A program made the position numbers and the translations under genes. 64,000 nt of DNA from Parcubacteria group bacterium (lineage in GTDB: Bacteria; Patescibacteriota; Patescibacteriia; UBA2169), in NCBI GenBank assembly GCA_016181765.1, contig JACOYR010000004.1:201853-265852 (forward strand), read 5' to 3'. The notes beneath the pieces were generated by a model. The model was not told where the DNA came from, did not search any database, and worked only from the letters and a program-made list of their open reading frames with translations. Position 1 is the first letter of the stretch. Each line of letters starts with the position of its first letter. This document shows, in pieces, positions 29,362 to 38,582 of this stretch.

Positions 29362-30315
29362 GTGTTCACCCGTTTCGCAGTGCTCGCAGTAGCCGCGCTC
29401 GCGGCCATCACAGGGTGCGCGGGTCCTCGGACCCTCGCGCCCTCACACGTCGCTACCGACGACGGCGACTTCAACCACCCGCTCATCGAAGAGATGCAGG
29501 GGGTTGGTGCGGGCATCGCGCCCTCGCACAAAGAGCTGGCACGCATCACGGAGCTCGCCCGCGAAGCCGAAGCGTCGCTCAAGCAGGACCCCACCACAAT
29601 AGTGACGAGCCACACCAAGACGGCGCGGTTCTCAACCGGCGCCATTGCCACGTTCGCATGGGATCTGGATACCGGCGGCGATGCGGAGCTCACCGGAAGG
29701 ATGCTCATCAGCAGCAACACGGACACGGCAAACGATGAGCGCGATAGCGTGTTCACCTCGGTGCAGATCAAAGAGATGCGGACCACCCTCTTGGACGGCA
29801 GCGGACGGAGCAGTCGCACGGTCATCATATCCGTGTGGGCCAGCCGGATCGGCTGCGAGCCGCGCGAATCCAAACAGGAGCTCGCAAAGCTCCTCAAGGG
29901 GTTCGTCGGTTACTCAAGCAGCTATGTGGATATGGCGGAAGCCAACATCCACACCATCGCGTCTTGGCTCCGCGACGGCATGCCGGCCGCGGAAAACGTC
30001 AGTGTCCGGTTCACCGAGGAGAACGAACTCCGTCAGGCAGTCACGCGCGTGGCGCGCAACTGGCACACCTCGGTCCGCCGCGACAGCGTGTTCTATCGCG
30101 TGGTGAACGAGCTCTCGCGCGACGGCACGCGGCTCGTGCTTCCGTCCCACGTCAGCGAGCTCTCCCATGACCTGGAGGAGCTCAACGTCATCAGCGTGGC
30201 GGAAGAGCAGTGGGGCGCCGATGCCTGGCGCAAGCTCATCAAGTACCACGATGAGCAGGCGTTCGCCGCCGAGAAAGAGCGGCTCCTCGCCCTGGTGGAA
30301 CGGCTGAAGGGATAG
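29362..30315 (+). CDS. Orphan putative lipoprotein
   Basis: AAGGAG SD, signal peptide ending AITGC, 317 aa. Confidence 0.75.
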   Translation: MFTRFAVLAVAALAAITGCAGPRTLAPSHVATDDGDFNHPLIEEMQGVGAGIAPSHKELARITELAREAEASLKQDPTTIVTSHTKTARFSTGAIATFAWDLDTGGDAELTGRMLISSNTDTANDERDSVFTSVQIKEMRTTLLDGSGRSSRTVIISVWASRIGCEPRESKQELAKLLKGFVGYSSSYVDMAEANIHTIASWLRDGMPAAENVSVRFTEENELRQAVTRVARNWHTSVRRDSVFYRVVNELSRDGTRLVLPSHVSELSHDLEELNVISVAEEQWGADAWRKLIKYHDEQAFAAEKERLLALVERLKG

Positions 30316-30365
30316 CCGAACCACCACCCCCCCCCCGCTCCCGCGACCGCGCAGCAGTAGCGCAC

Positions 30366-30564
30366 CGGCAGTCGGACGAACTCAAACCAACGAGTTTCGT
30401 CCGACTGCCACTATTCCCTGCCCTCAACGAAAGTTGAGGTTAGAGAAAAGATTAAAACCGCTCTTTTATCCGAAGGTGTTGCTATAATGACTTAACAAAT
30501 TGTTTGAGAGATTATAGCAACACCTTCGTAGTATTCACCCCACCCTCCCACAAGGAGAAAACAG
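30366..30564 (+). repeat. ~200-bp structured intergenic repeat, copy B
   Basis: Direct repeat of 29153-29361 with changes concentrated in loops. Confidence 0.9.
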
Positions 30565-31158
30565 ATGTACCGATTCCGCTTCATCCTCGCGCTCGTGGCC
30601 GCCATGGCCATCGCAGTCGTGGCCTGCAGAGACAAGGCCGTGACCACGCTCAACGACATCGTCACCGACACGGTGATTGAGGTCGCCGTTGCCTCCCTCG
30701 CCCAGGACATCAAGGCGGGAGACGCGGGAAACTGGTCGTACGCCGACTCGTACGGCCCGACCTGGACCGCGAACACAAAGGCCCGGCACGCAATCTTCGC
30801 CGATCACCTCGGTGAGGATTGGTTCGACCTCGTGTACGACAACAAGACCGACTACCGGGAGCGGGCTATGCGCATCGCCCGCGAATCCCTGGACACGCCC
30901 GAGGAGCTGTGGGCCGCGTACCTTCGCCACAAGGCGAAGGTCATCGCCGAGATCCGAAAGCACGGCATCCAGGACGATGTCGTCAGATACTCAACCGCCG
31001 CCCTGCCCTACTTCTCGCCGCCGGGCGGCGAAGAGCTCACCGACCCCCACGGCGACCACGGAGCCAAGGAGTGGGCCGAACGTCGGCGAACCGAAGGCGG
31101 CGACGCCCTAGTCGTTGCCTGGGGCGAGGTCATCGCAGATCTCGCCAGTTCACTGTAG
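30565..31158 (+). CDS. Orphan putative lipoprotein
   Basis: AAGGAG SD, signal peptide ending AVVAC, 197 aa. Confidence 0.75.
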   Translation: MYRFRFILALVAAMAIAVVACRDKAVTTLNDIVTDTVIEVAVASLAQDIKAGDAGNWSYADSYGPTWTANTKARHAIFADHLGEDWFDLVYDNKTDYRERAMRIARESLDTPEELWAAYLRHKAKVIAEIRKHGIQDDVVRYSTAALPYFSPPGGEELTDPHGDHGAKEWAERRRTEGGDALVVAWGEVIADLASSL

Positions 31159-31188
31159 TCGCCCGCCCCCAACGGCGGCCGCATCATC

Positions 31189-31236
31189 GGCCCGCTGCCA
31201 AGCTAGAAGTTATAGCAAGGCAGCGGGTCTTTTTTT
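31189..31236 (+). terminator. Intrinsic terminator (3' half duplicated at 32384-32411)
   Basis: ggcccgctgcc...ggcagcgggtc plus T7. Confidence 0.7.
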
Positions 31237-31246
31237 ATGCGCGGGC

Positions 31247-32302
31247 TTATTTCACCGCATAATTTTTCGCGGCAAACACGTACTGCTCTATGAAGATAGC
31301 CTTAAATGGAATAATTGAATTAACCTCGTAAAACACGAGGGTCGCTTCGCGGTAGTCTTTCTCCTTTACGCTCCGATAGGATAGAGGCGCGCAGTTGTGC
31401 GCCAGCAATATCGCGTTTGCCATAATGCGCGCGGTGCGCTTATTGCCGTCATTAAACGGCTGAATGTAGCTGATGCCGAGCAAGGCCAAGAGGGCTTTGG
31501 CATAGGGGGTTTTCGCCCTTGCCATGGCGGCCGCCAGCGCCTCTACCGCCTCTCTAATCTGATGCGCGTTGTCCAGCGGCCGATACTTGGAACCGGTTAC
31601 GCCGACCGGTTTTTGGCGCAATCCCGCGCCCACGCTTAAATCTTTCACTACCATGCCATGCAGTTGTTCAAGATTAGGGCGCGTCAGAACGCGAAACTCT
31701 TTCTTATGTTCGTACACAAACTCAAACGCGTCCTTGTGATTGAGAATCATGCGGGCTTCTTTTTTATCATGCCCAAGAGCTTCCTTGCGCTCTAAAATAA
31801 GCTTCTCCGTGTCAAGAAGCGTATACGTATTCCCCTCAATCTTTGATGATTTCCAGGACAGTTCTATGATGAGCCGTTCTAATTCTTTCTTTTGAATGGC
31901 CCGCGGTAACCGCGCCGTCCGCGCATGATATTCGTCGGTTGCCTTTTCAAGAGCGGCTTGTTCGGCCGGAGTGAAGATATCGGAGAGGAACGACGGCAGC
32001 AGATCAAAATTAAAACGCGCGAGCCCAAAGCGCTCGTCCGGTTCCGTGGCGCAGTAACGGTTCGCGTCCACCTCGCTCCAGATGCGCCCTAAAACGCTGA
32101 TGCCGTACGCGCGCGACCGGCCGCGGCCAAAAGCGGCCAAAAGCCCCGCCGCGGCCATGCGGGATAGTTCTCGCTTAATGGTTACCAGCGAGGTTTCTTG
32201 GCCTTCTCTGGCCAGGCGGCTGTGAACCTCTGAAGAACTTATGAAATCTTGGCGTAGAAATAAATCCAGTATTTTTTGCTGCTTTGAACTGATTATGGTC
32301 AT
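31247..32302 (-). CDS. wHTH-Fic family protein with variant motif
   Basis: N-terminal HTH (SLVTIKRELSRM), SSKIEGN, YIQPFNDGNKRTAR. Confidence 0.9.
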   Translation of the reverse strand: MTIISSKQQKILDLFLRQDFISSSEVHSRLAREGQETSLVTIKRELSRMAAAGLLAAFGRGRSRAYGISVLGRIWSEVDANRYCATEPDERFGLARFNFDLLPSFLSDIFTPAEQAALEKATDEYHARTARLPRAIQKKELERLIIELSWKSSKIEGNTYTLLDTEKLILERKEALGHDKKEARMILNHKDAFEFVYEHKKEFRVLTRPNLEQLHGMVVKDLSVGAGLRQKPVGVTGSKYRPLDNAHQIREAVEALAAAMARAKTPYAKALLALLGISYIQPFNDGNKRTARIMANAILLAHNCAPLSYRSVKEKDYREATLVFYEVNSIIPFKAIFIEQYVFAAKNYAVK

Positions 32303-32303
32303 A

Positions 32304-32348
32304 ATCGTATCATTTATACTAATTAATCGTATCAAAATGATACGATTA
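32304..32348. promoter_or_regulatory. Palindromic operator upstream of the Fic gene
   Basis: aatcgtatca repeated, and aatcgtatca-aaa-tgatacgatt palindrome. Confidence 0.6.
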
Positions 32349-32473
32349 TGTCAAACATATCGCCCGTAACCACTCACAATGGTAAGCTAGAAGTTATAGC
32401 AAGGTAGCGGGCCATTTTTTTTGACTAAAATAGCTTGTAGTGTTAATCTAGTAGTATAGAGAATCCAATACAT

Positions 32474-32680
32474 ATGGAAACAGCAACAATGCCTAAAAAA
32501 ATAAGCTCCGCATCATTACACGAGCTTAAACCGTTTATTGTGCAGACAATTTCCGAAGTCTTGAACGACCCTGATTTTGGTTTAGAGCTAAGCGATCGGG
32601 CGCAGGCAAGGCTGCGGCAATCCAGAGAATCTTCGGATAAAACAATCTCGTTCAATGATGTCAAAAGAAAGTATCATTAA
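32474..32680 (+). CDS. Putative type II antitoxin
   Basis: 68 aa, DPDFGLEL motif, directly upstream of a RelE-like gene. Confidence 0.75.
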   Translation: METATMPKKISSASLHELKPFIVQTISEVLNDPDFGLELSDRAQARLRQSRESSDKTISFNDVKRKYH

Positions 32681-32686
32681 ACCCAT

Positions 32687-32956
32687 ATGGGGGAATGGGA
32701 GTTGGAATTTTCCGTTGCGGCCGAGGATGACCTCGCCGCGCTTGATAACGAACTGCGGCAGAGAATCATCAATAAGCTTGATTGGTTTTTGGAAAATTTT
32801 GATTCGCTTTCTCCTGAATCATTAACCGGCGAGTACAGGGAATTTTATAAATTGAGAGCGGGCCAGTGGAGAATATTCTATAAGGTCAACTGGCAACAAA
32901 AGACAATCACGGTCCACTATATTGACCCGAGAGACAAAGCGTACAGGAAAAGATAG
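32687..32956 (+). CDS. RelE/ParE family toxin
   Basis: YKLRAGQWRIFY...PRDKAY. Confidence 0.88.
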   Translation: MGEWELEFSVAAEDDLAALDNELRQRIINKLDWFLENFDSLSPESLTGEYREFYKLRAGQWRIFYKVNWQQKTITVHYIDPRDKAYRKR

Positions 32957-33169
32957 CGAGTGATGCGCACGCGGAAAACAACGCCATATTTTTATGCCGT
33001 TTTTTTATTCGCCGCCGTTTTTTTGACAATTCCGTGTTTTTGTAGTAATACAAAGAAACACGCTGCCCGCAAAAACAGCGCAACGCAACAAAAATTGACC
33101 TTTACATAACCACAAAGTGTAGAACGATTCATCAAACCCTTCCCCGAAAGGGAGAAAGAGCATAGGCTC

Positions 33170-33406
33170 ATGAGCGGCGCAGGCACCGAAGAGGTCCCTT
33201 GGGCAAGTGCCGTAGTTGTCGTTACGGTCAGCGACAGCAACAACGACTTGGAGTGCGTACGGAAATTCGTGCGCGGGATATCCGCGCCCGATGCAGACCC
33301 GGCCGACTGTTGTGTGGATGTGGATGAGGTGCGGCAGTACAAAAACCGCCGGGGTGAACAGTGCACCGAGCTTTACCTGTTCCGCCCCCAAACCCCAAAA
33401 CCCTAA
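33170..33406 (+). CDS. Small hypothetical protein
   Basis: 78-aa ORF ending just before the SD of the STAS gene. Confidence 0.4.
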   Translation: MSGAGTEEVPWASAVVVVTVSDSNNDLECVRKFVRGISAPDADPADCCVDVDEVRQYKNRRGEQCTELYLFRPQTPKP

Positions 33407-33417
33407 GGAGGCAAGGC

Positions 33418-33777
33418 ATGAACCTCACCCAGGAACAGCACGGAAATGTGGTTGTGGTCACGTTCCACGGCGATGTACTGGATGCGCGCAACGTCAAGGA
33501 ATTCCGCCAGGCCATGGACCCCATCCTTGAGCAGCACGACACCATGATCCTGGACATGTCCGAGATTACATTCGTGGACTCCTCGGGTCTGGGCAGCCTC
33601 TTGGACTGCCTGCGCAAGCTCACTACTGACCGCGACGGCAGATTTGATCTCTGCAGCCTCACGAGGCCAGTGCGCACGCTCTTTGAGATGGTGCGCATAC
33701 ACCGCATTTTTGAGATCCATAACACCCGCGAAGATGCACTTCAGAGGCGCCAAAAAAAAGGCGCAGACACAGAGTAG
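33418..33777 (+). CDS. STAS domain anti-sigma factor antagonist
   Basis: LDMSEITFVDSSGLGSL motif; AGGAGG SD. Confidence 0.9.
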   Translation: MNLTQEQHGNVVVVTFHGDVLDARNVKEFRQAMDPILEQHDTMILDMSEITFVDSSGLGSLLDCLRKLTTDRDGRFDLCSLTRPVRTLFEMVRIHRIFEIHNTREDALQRRQKKGADTE

Positions 33778-33810
33778 TGTTTTTCCATCACGCACAAGGA
33801 GAGAAAAGGC

Positions 33811-34809
33811 ATGAACATGGGTCGCACGGTGTTCGGGTACCACGCGGGCCGGGCAGGCTTGGACGCGGCCGGAGGAACTGCCGGGCCGCCGGTTGGCCTG
33901 GATGACCTCCGCAAGAGCGCGTACACGCATGTGGGCGTTCCCATGGACCACGCGGATTCCTACGTCCAAACACTCATCAGTGTTGCCGGAGTGAGAGTCA
34001 TCCGCACCATGGAAGCGCAGTGGAACCCGGGCCTGAACAAGAGAGACCTCGGCCGCATCATCCTGGACTTTGTTGATGTGCACCAGCCGGGCCCGTTCCT
34101 CTCTACCTGGCTCATCAACATTCAGGAGCCGTGCCACGGGTTTGCCTGGAATCTGGAGCACGACATCACGGACGCGAGCCTGTACCCCATCACCGCGGCG
34201 GACATGCATCTCGCCAGGCTCTGGAAGTTCAACCTCGCGGTTCCTGCCCAGTACGTCGCGTTCCGGTGCCAGCAGTTTACAATCATCGCCCGGCTCATGA
34301 AAAAGCTGGGCGCCGCGCACTGGGGCGAGTTTACGGTCATCATCTACTCCGAGTACGGGGAGGGGGCGCGCGAACGGTACGGCTGTGACTGGAACCAGCT
34401 CTCAAACCCGTTCCTCAAGCTGGGCGCAGAGGCCTTGCCGCTCATTGACTACGCCCACTGCGCCTACTTCGGCGGGGTAAAGCTCTCTCCCGAGTACCGG
34501 AACTGGCTTGCGAGCCTGCCCGAGAACGGGCTCAAGGTCCTGCACAACACCCAACTGCCGCATCCCTTAAACACCCCGGAGGGCCACCGCGGCCAGGTCG
34601 CGGACAGGCTCGGGCTGATGGCAAACCGCCCGGGAGACGGGTTCGGAAGCTGCGACGCCGAGGCGGGAAAAGGCCAGCTGCACCTCTGGGACGACCCGGA
34701 CCGGGACGTGAGCCGCGCCATCACCCAGGGCATGCGCCTTGCCAAGGACCCGGGCCTCGCCGTGCTGCAAAGCATGAGCTGGGGCCAGATCAAGGCGAGC
34801 ATGGCGTAA
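33811..34809 (+). CDS. Hypothetical protein with C-terminal SWGQIKA motif
   Basis: 332-aa ORF with AAGGAG SD and terminator. Confidence 0.75.
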   Translation: MNMGRTVFGYHAGRAGLDAAGGTAGPPVGLDDLRKSAYTHVGVPMDHADSYVQTLISVAGVRVIRTMEAQWNPGLNKRDLGRIILDFVDVHQPGPFLSTWLINIQEPCHGFAWNLEHDITDASLYPITAADMHLARLWKFNLAVPAQYVAFRCQQFTIIARLMKKLGAAHWGEFTVIIYSEYGEGARERYGCDWNQLSNPFLKLGAEALPLIDYAHCAYFGGVKLSPEYRNWLASLPENGLKVLHNTQLPHPLNTPEGHRGQVADRLGLMANRPGDGFGSCDAEAGKGQLHLWDDPDRDVSRAITQGMRLAKDPGLAVLQSMSWGQIKASMA

Positions 34810-34837
34810 CGCGCGCCGCGCTCGCAGTACAACAAAC

Positions 34838-34876
34838 GGACTCCCTGCCGCTCTGGCCGGGAGTCCAATTTTTTTT
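34838..34876 (+). terminator. Intrinsic terminator
   Basis: ggactccc...gggagtcc plus T-run. Confidence 0.65.
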
Positions 34877-34886
34877 AAGGGCGAGG

Positions 34887-35846
34887 TTATCCCCAAAACT
34901 TGACGCTGTACACCGCGTACAAGAGGTACCCCATCACCAAGACCGCGCCCTCAAACCGCGTCAGCGTGTGGTGGGACTTGAAGAGTGCGGCAACCAGGAT
35001 CGCGGCAAAGATGAACGCCGGAAAGTCAAAAATCAAAAGGTCCGGGTTGATGGCAATGGGCGAAATGAGCGCGGCAACGCCCACCACCAAATGGATGTTC
35101 ATCACGTTGGAGCCGATCACATTGCCGATGCCGATGCCGGGCTGGTGCTTGGCAGCGGACACCAGGGTTACCACGAGCTCGGGGATGGACGCGCCGATTG
35201 CGATCACGAGAATGCCCACCAAGAGCTCGGACACGTTAAACTGCACGGCAAGCGCAAGGCTTGAATCAACAAACAATTTTGCGCCGAGGATGATGAGGAC
35301 AAGCCCGAGTACAATCCGCACCCAGGCCCTGCCGGTTTTGAGCGCTTCCTTCTTGCGGCGCCGGTGCTTGTGCGCGCCCAGTTCCTTGCGCATCTCCGCG
35401 TGGGACGTGCGGATGGAGTACCACTGGAACGCAATGCCGAGGAGTATGAGGATGATGGCGTCCCCGCGGCTGACCGTAAGGTCAAACGCCAGAAAGTAGA
35501 TGAGCACTGCGGCAAGCATGACCCAGGGAAACTCGTGCTTGAGGGTGCTTGCGTGGATGCGCAAAGGGGCTATCACCGCGGCCAAGCCGAACACGAGCGC
35601 GAGCTTGAGCACCGAGGAGCCGATGGCATTGCCGATGATGAGGTCATTCGCCCCGGAGAGCGAGGCCGTGATAGCGATGGACGTCTCGGGCATGATGCCC
35701 CCGAGCGTGACCACGGACAATCCCACCACCGCGGTTGAGACGCCCATTTTCGCGGCAAGCGCGGACGCGTGCGACACGAGCAAGTCAGCGCCCTTGTACA
35801 GGGCAAGTATGCCGATGCCAAAAAACAGGATTACGAAAAACATCAT
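34887..35846 (-). CDS. Ca2+/Na+ antiporter (YrbG/CaCA family)
   Basis: Two alpha repeats: GGIMPE..GNAIGSS and GASIPE..GNVIGSN. Confidence 0.92.
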   Translation of the reverse strand: MMFFVILFFGIGILALYKGADLLVSHASALAAKMGVSTAVVGLSVVTLGGIMPETSIAITASLSGANDLIIGNAIGSSVLKLALVFGLAAVIAPLRIHASTLKHEFPWVMLAAVLIYFLAFDLTVSRGDAIILILLGIAFQWYSIRTSHAEMRKELGAHKHRRRKKEALKTGRAWVRIVLGLVLIILGAKLFVDSSLALAVQFNVSELLVGILVIAIGASIPELVVTLVSAAKHQPGIGIGNVIGSNVMNIHLVVGVAALISPIAINPDLLIFDFPAFIFAAILVAALFKSHHTLTRFEGAVLVMGYLLYAVYSVKFWG

Positions 35847-35890
35847 TGCAAACGTAGGTTAGTTTCTGTTTTGGTTTTGCGGAACTGCGG

Positions 35891-36202
35891 CTATGATGCG
35901 GCCGGTGGCGCTTCTTTTTCTTTCTTTTCCGCGGGCTCTGCGTCTTCCAGCAAGCGGAAATCCAGGTGGAATCCGCCCCAGCGCTTGGACGAAAAGTTGT
36001 ACGCCCACGCCACAACGGCGCCCACAACGGCCCCGATGATCCCGAAGAGCACAATGCCGATAACGAGCGACACCGCGCCCGTGCCGAACGCCGTGGTTCC
36101 GGTTGCCAGGGAAATGATCGCAAAGATCACGTACACCACCACCGCGAGAAAGCCAGCCACGCGGGCTGATGATTTTAGGGAAACTGTTTTTAGTTCATAC
36201 AT
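35891..36202 (-). CDS. Small membrane protein
   Basis: Two TM helices and AWAYN...WGG motif. Confidence 0.7.
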   Translation of the reverse strand: MYELKTVSLKSSARVAGFLAVVVYVIFAIISLATGTTAFGTGAVSLVIGIVLFGIIGAVVGAVVAWAYNFSSKRWGGFHLDFRLLEDAEPAEKKEKEAPPAAS

Positions 36203-36211
36203 ATGTTTTAC

Positions 36212-38581
36212 TTACCTAAACGAAACGTTGTATTTTTTTGCGAGTACTGACCGCAGTTTTTCCATAATCACATCAACTTCTTTTGATTCTAACGTCCGGT
36301 CCGTGGAGAAACAGGTGAGGCGCACGGTCAGGCTCGCGCTTGTTTCCAGGCCGTGGTAGGAATCAAACAACTCAACCTTTTTTATGAGCGGATTAAAATG
36401 GGAAATCGTAGCCTCAAGCTCCCTGTATTCTACCACAGAAGGCACGGAAAGCGAAAGGTCGCGCTCCACAACCGGGTAAAACGGAATAGGGGCGTATACT
36501 GCTTTTCCCTTTGCGCGGGCACCGGAGAGCGCCTCCACGTCAAGGAATGAGATTGCGCACGAGCTCCGAAACCGCAGTCCCGGAACCGTTCCTCTGGGAT
36601 GGATGGTGATGAATCCAATGGGACGCTTGCGGACGCCTATGCGGTACGTGCCGCGCTCCTTTTCCATGGTCAGCTGCTCACCCGTGAATGACGCGATGAT
36701 TCCGACTAAGGTGCGGAACAGTTCCTCGTCTGACTGTTTCGTGTTGATGAGCCCAATGGCCGCTTTCCAGGACTCGCCTTTTGTTTTGCGGAACACCTTG
36801 CCGATCTCAAACAAGCGGAACGCATCGCGCGAGAGCAGTGATGAATTCTTGGAAAGTTTTTCCAGCATCCACGGCCCAAGCGAAGTTCGCAGGTACGGAA
36901 ATTCATCGTTGACCGGGTTGGTAAGCTTGATGTGCTCCGCCTTTGCGTGGCCCGAAAGTTTGATGGCGCTTTCCTGGTAGAACGAGTACGTCAAAAGCTC
37001 CGTGAATCCGAGGCCCGCCAAAAAGTGGCGCAACGCATGCCGCAGCTCGTGCAAGGGTAGAACCCTCGGGCTTGCAAGCGTTGCCATGGGCAAGGTCTTG
37101 GGGAGCTTGTTGTAATCAAGCATCCTGCCGATTTCTTCTATGAGGTCAGCTTCCTCACGTGTGTCATGCATCCGCCATGACGGAATCTTGACCTCTAATT
37201 TCCCCCCTTTGCCAAGGGGGGGACGAAGGGGGGGTCTTGACGTGCCAGCCACGACAAATCCCAGTGATTGCAGGATTGACTTGATTTTTGATGCCGGAAC
37301 CGCAACTCCGAGCAAGCGATGCGCTTCAGCCACTGACAATTTGATGGAGCGCTTGGGAACTTCCGCGCTTCCGGATGACACAATGCCTTTGAGCACCACG
37401 CCGCCTGCCAGGTCGCGGATAGAGGCGGCGGCGCGGTCAATCGCCTCTTCTACGATACTTGGGTCCACGCCTTTTTCAAATCTGCTGGATGATTCACTGC
37501 GCAATCCAAGAGCTTTTGACGTTGCGCGCACAGATGCGCTATTGAACACCGCAGCCTCCAGGATGATGTTCTGGGTGCCGTTATTGATGCCGGATTCTTT
37601 ACCCCCCATAACCCCGGCAATTGCCGCGGCGCGCTTCTCATCAGCCACCACGAGCATGCTTTCCGTGAGCGTGTAGGTTGCATCGTCCAAGGCAATGATT
37701 TTTTCCCCGCGCTTTGCGCGCCTAACAGTTATCGTGTCCCCTGCCATCTTGTTCGCGTCAAATGCGTGCAAGGGGTGGCCCAACTCGTACATCACGTAGT
37801 TTGTCGCGTCAACCACGTTGTTGATGGATGCAATGCCAGCCTGGGCGAGCCGGTTGGAAAGCCACAGCGGAGACGGCGCGACTGAAACGCCCTGGATCAC
37901 GCGGGCGCAATAGAGCGGGCAGAGCTTCTTGTCCGCGATTTTAACGGTGAGAGATGATGATGCGCTGGTGCCGCTTTCCTTTATTCCCCCTCCTTTATTA
38001 AGGAGGGGGCGAGGGGGTGGTTTGAGCTTGAGCCCATACAGCGCCGCAACCTCCCTCGCAAGCCCGCGTATGGAAAAACAGTCGCTGCGGTTCGGGGTAA
38101 TGGCAAGCTCCAGCACAGCCTCATCTAATCCAAGAAATTTGACCGCGTCAGCCCCTATTTTCGCGTCTTTGGGAAGAATAAAAATGCCGGAGTGGTCATC
38201 GTTTATGCCCAGTTCTCTTGGTGAGGCCAACATGCCGTGTGATTTGATGCCGCGCACGGATCTAGCCTCTATCTTCAAGCCCGGAACGCTTCCGCCAACC
38301 AAAACGCAGGGAACCTTTTGGCCGACCGCAATGTTCGGGGCGCCGCACACAATTTCCAGCAATGACTTGTTGCCCACATCAACGTACGCGATCTGCAACT
38401 TGTCCGCGTTCGGGTGCGGCTTAATGTTTTTGATCTGGCCCACCACGATTTTTGACAAACCATTGGCATTGTCCGTAATCTTCTCAACTTCTGAACCGGA
38501 CAGCGTTAAGCGCTCCGCAATCTCGTGCGGTTTCGCTTTCACGTTCACAAATTCTTTCAGCCAACTGATTGGTAGATTCAT
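36212..38581 (-). CDS. pheT: Phenylalanyl-tRNA synthetase beta subunit
   Basis: HPNADKL, ITPNRSDC, INNVVDATNY, DLIEEIGR; ATG at 38581. Confidence 0.96.
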   Translation of the reverse strand: MNLPISWLKEFVNVKAKPHEIAERLTLSGSEVEKITDNANGLSKIVVGQIKNIKPHPNADKLQIAYVDVGNKSLLEIVCGAPNIAVGQKVPCVLVGGSVPGLKIEARSVRGIKSHGMLASPRELGINDDHSGIFILPKDAKIGADAVKFLGLDEAVLELAITPNRSDCFSIRGLAREVAALYGLKLKPPPRPLLNKGGGIKESGTSASSSLTVKIADKKLCPLYCARVIQGVSVAPSPLWLSNRLAQAGIASINNVVDATNYVMYELGHPLHAFDANKMAGDTITVRRAKRGEKIIALDDATYTLTESMLVVADEKRAAAIAGVMGGKESGINNGTQNIILEAAVFNSASVRATSKALGLRSESSSRFEKGVDPSIVEEAIDRAAASIRDLAGGVVLKGIVSSGSAEVPKRSIKLSVAEAHRLLGVAVPASKIKSILQSLGFVVAGTSRPPLRPPLGKGGKLEVKIPSWRMHDTREEADLIEEIGRMLDYNKLPKTLPMATLASPRVLPLHELRHALRHFLAGLGFTELLTYSFYQESAIKLSGHAKAEHIKLTNPVNDEFPYLRTSLGPWMLEKLSKNSSLLSRDAFRLFEIGKVFRKTKGESWKAAIGLINTKQSDEELFRTLVGIIASFTGEQLTMEKERGTYRIGVRKRPIGFITIHPRGTVPGLRFRSSCAISFLDVEALSGARAKGKAVYAPIPFYPVVERDLSLSVPSVVEYRELEATISHFNPLIKKVELFDSYHGLETSASLTVRLTCFSTDRTLESKEVDVIMEKLRSVLAKKYNVSFR
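37198..37238. repeat. In-frame palindromic element in pheT
   Basis: cccccctt-tgcc-aagggggg-gacgaaggggggtctt; encodes SRPPLRPPLGKGGKL. Confidence 0.75.
37983..38023. repeat. In-frame palindromic element in pheT
   Basis: ccccctcctt-tatt-aaggaggggg-cgagggggtggtt; encodes KPPPRPLLNKGGGI. Confidence 0.8.
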
Positions 38582-38582
38582 A

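Noticed and set aside
29153-30564. Repeats as a CRISPR array or canonical attC sites
   Set aside because: Units are about 200 bp separated by whole genes, there are no cas genes, and they lack the AAC...GTT geometry of the integron sites
31200-31220. gctagaagttatagcaag resembles the sgRNA/tracrRNA scaffold gctagaaatagcaag
   Set aside because: No Cas9, CRISPR repeat or further scaffold similarity; it forms the loop of a terminator, so likely coincidence
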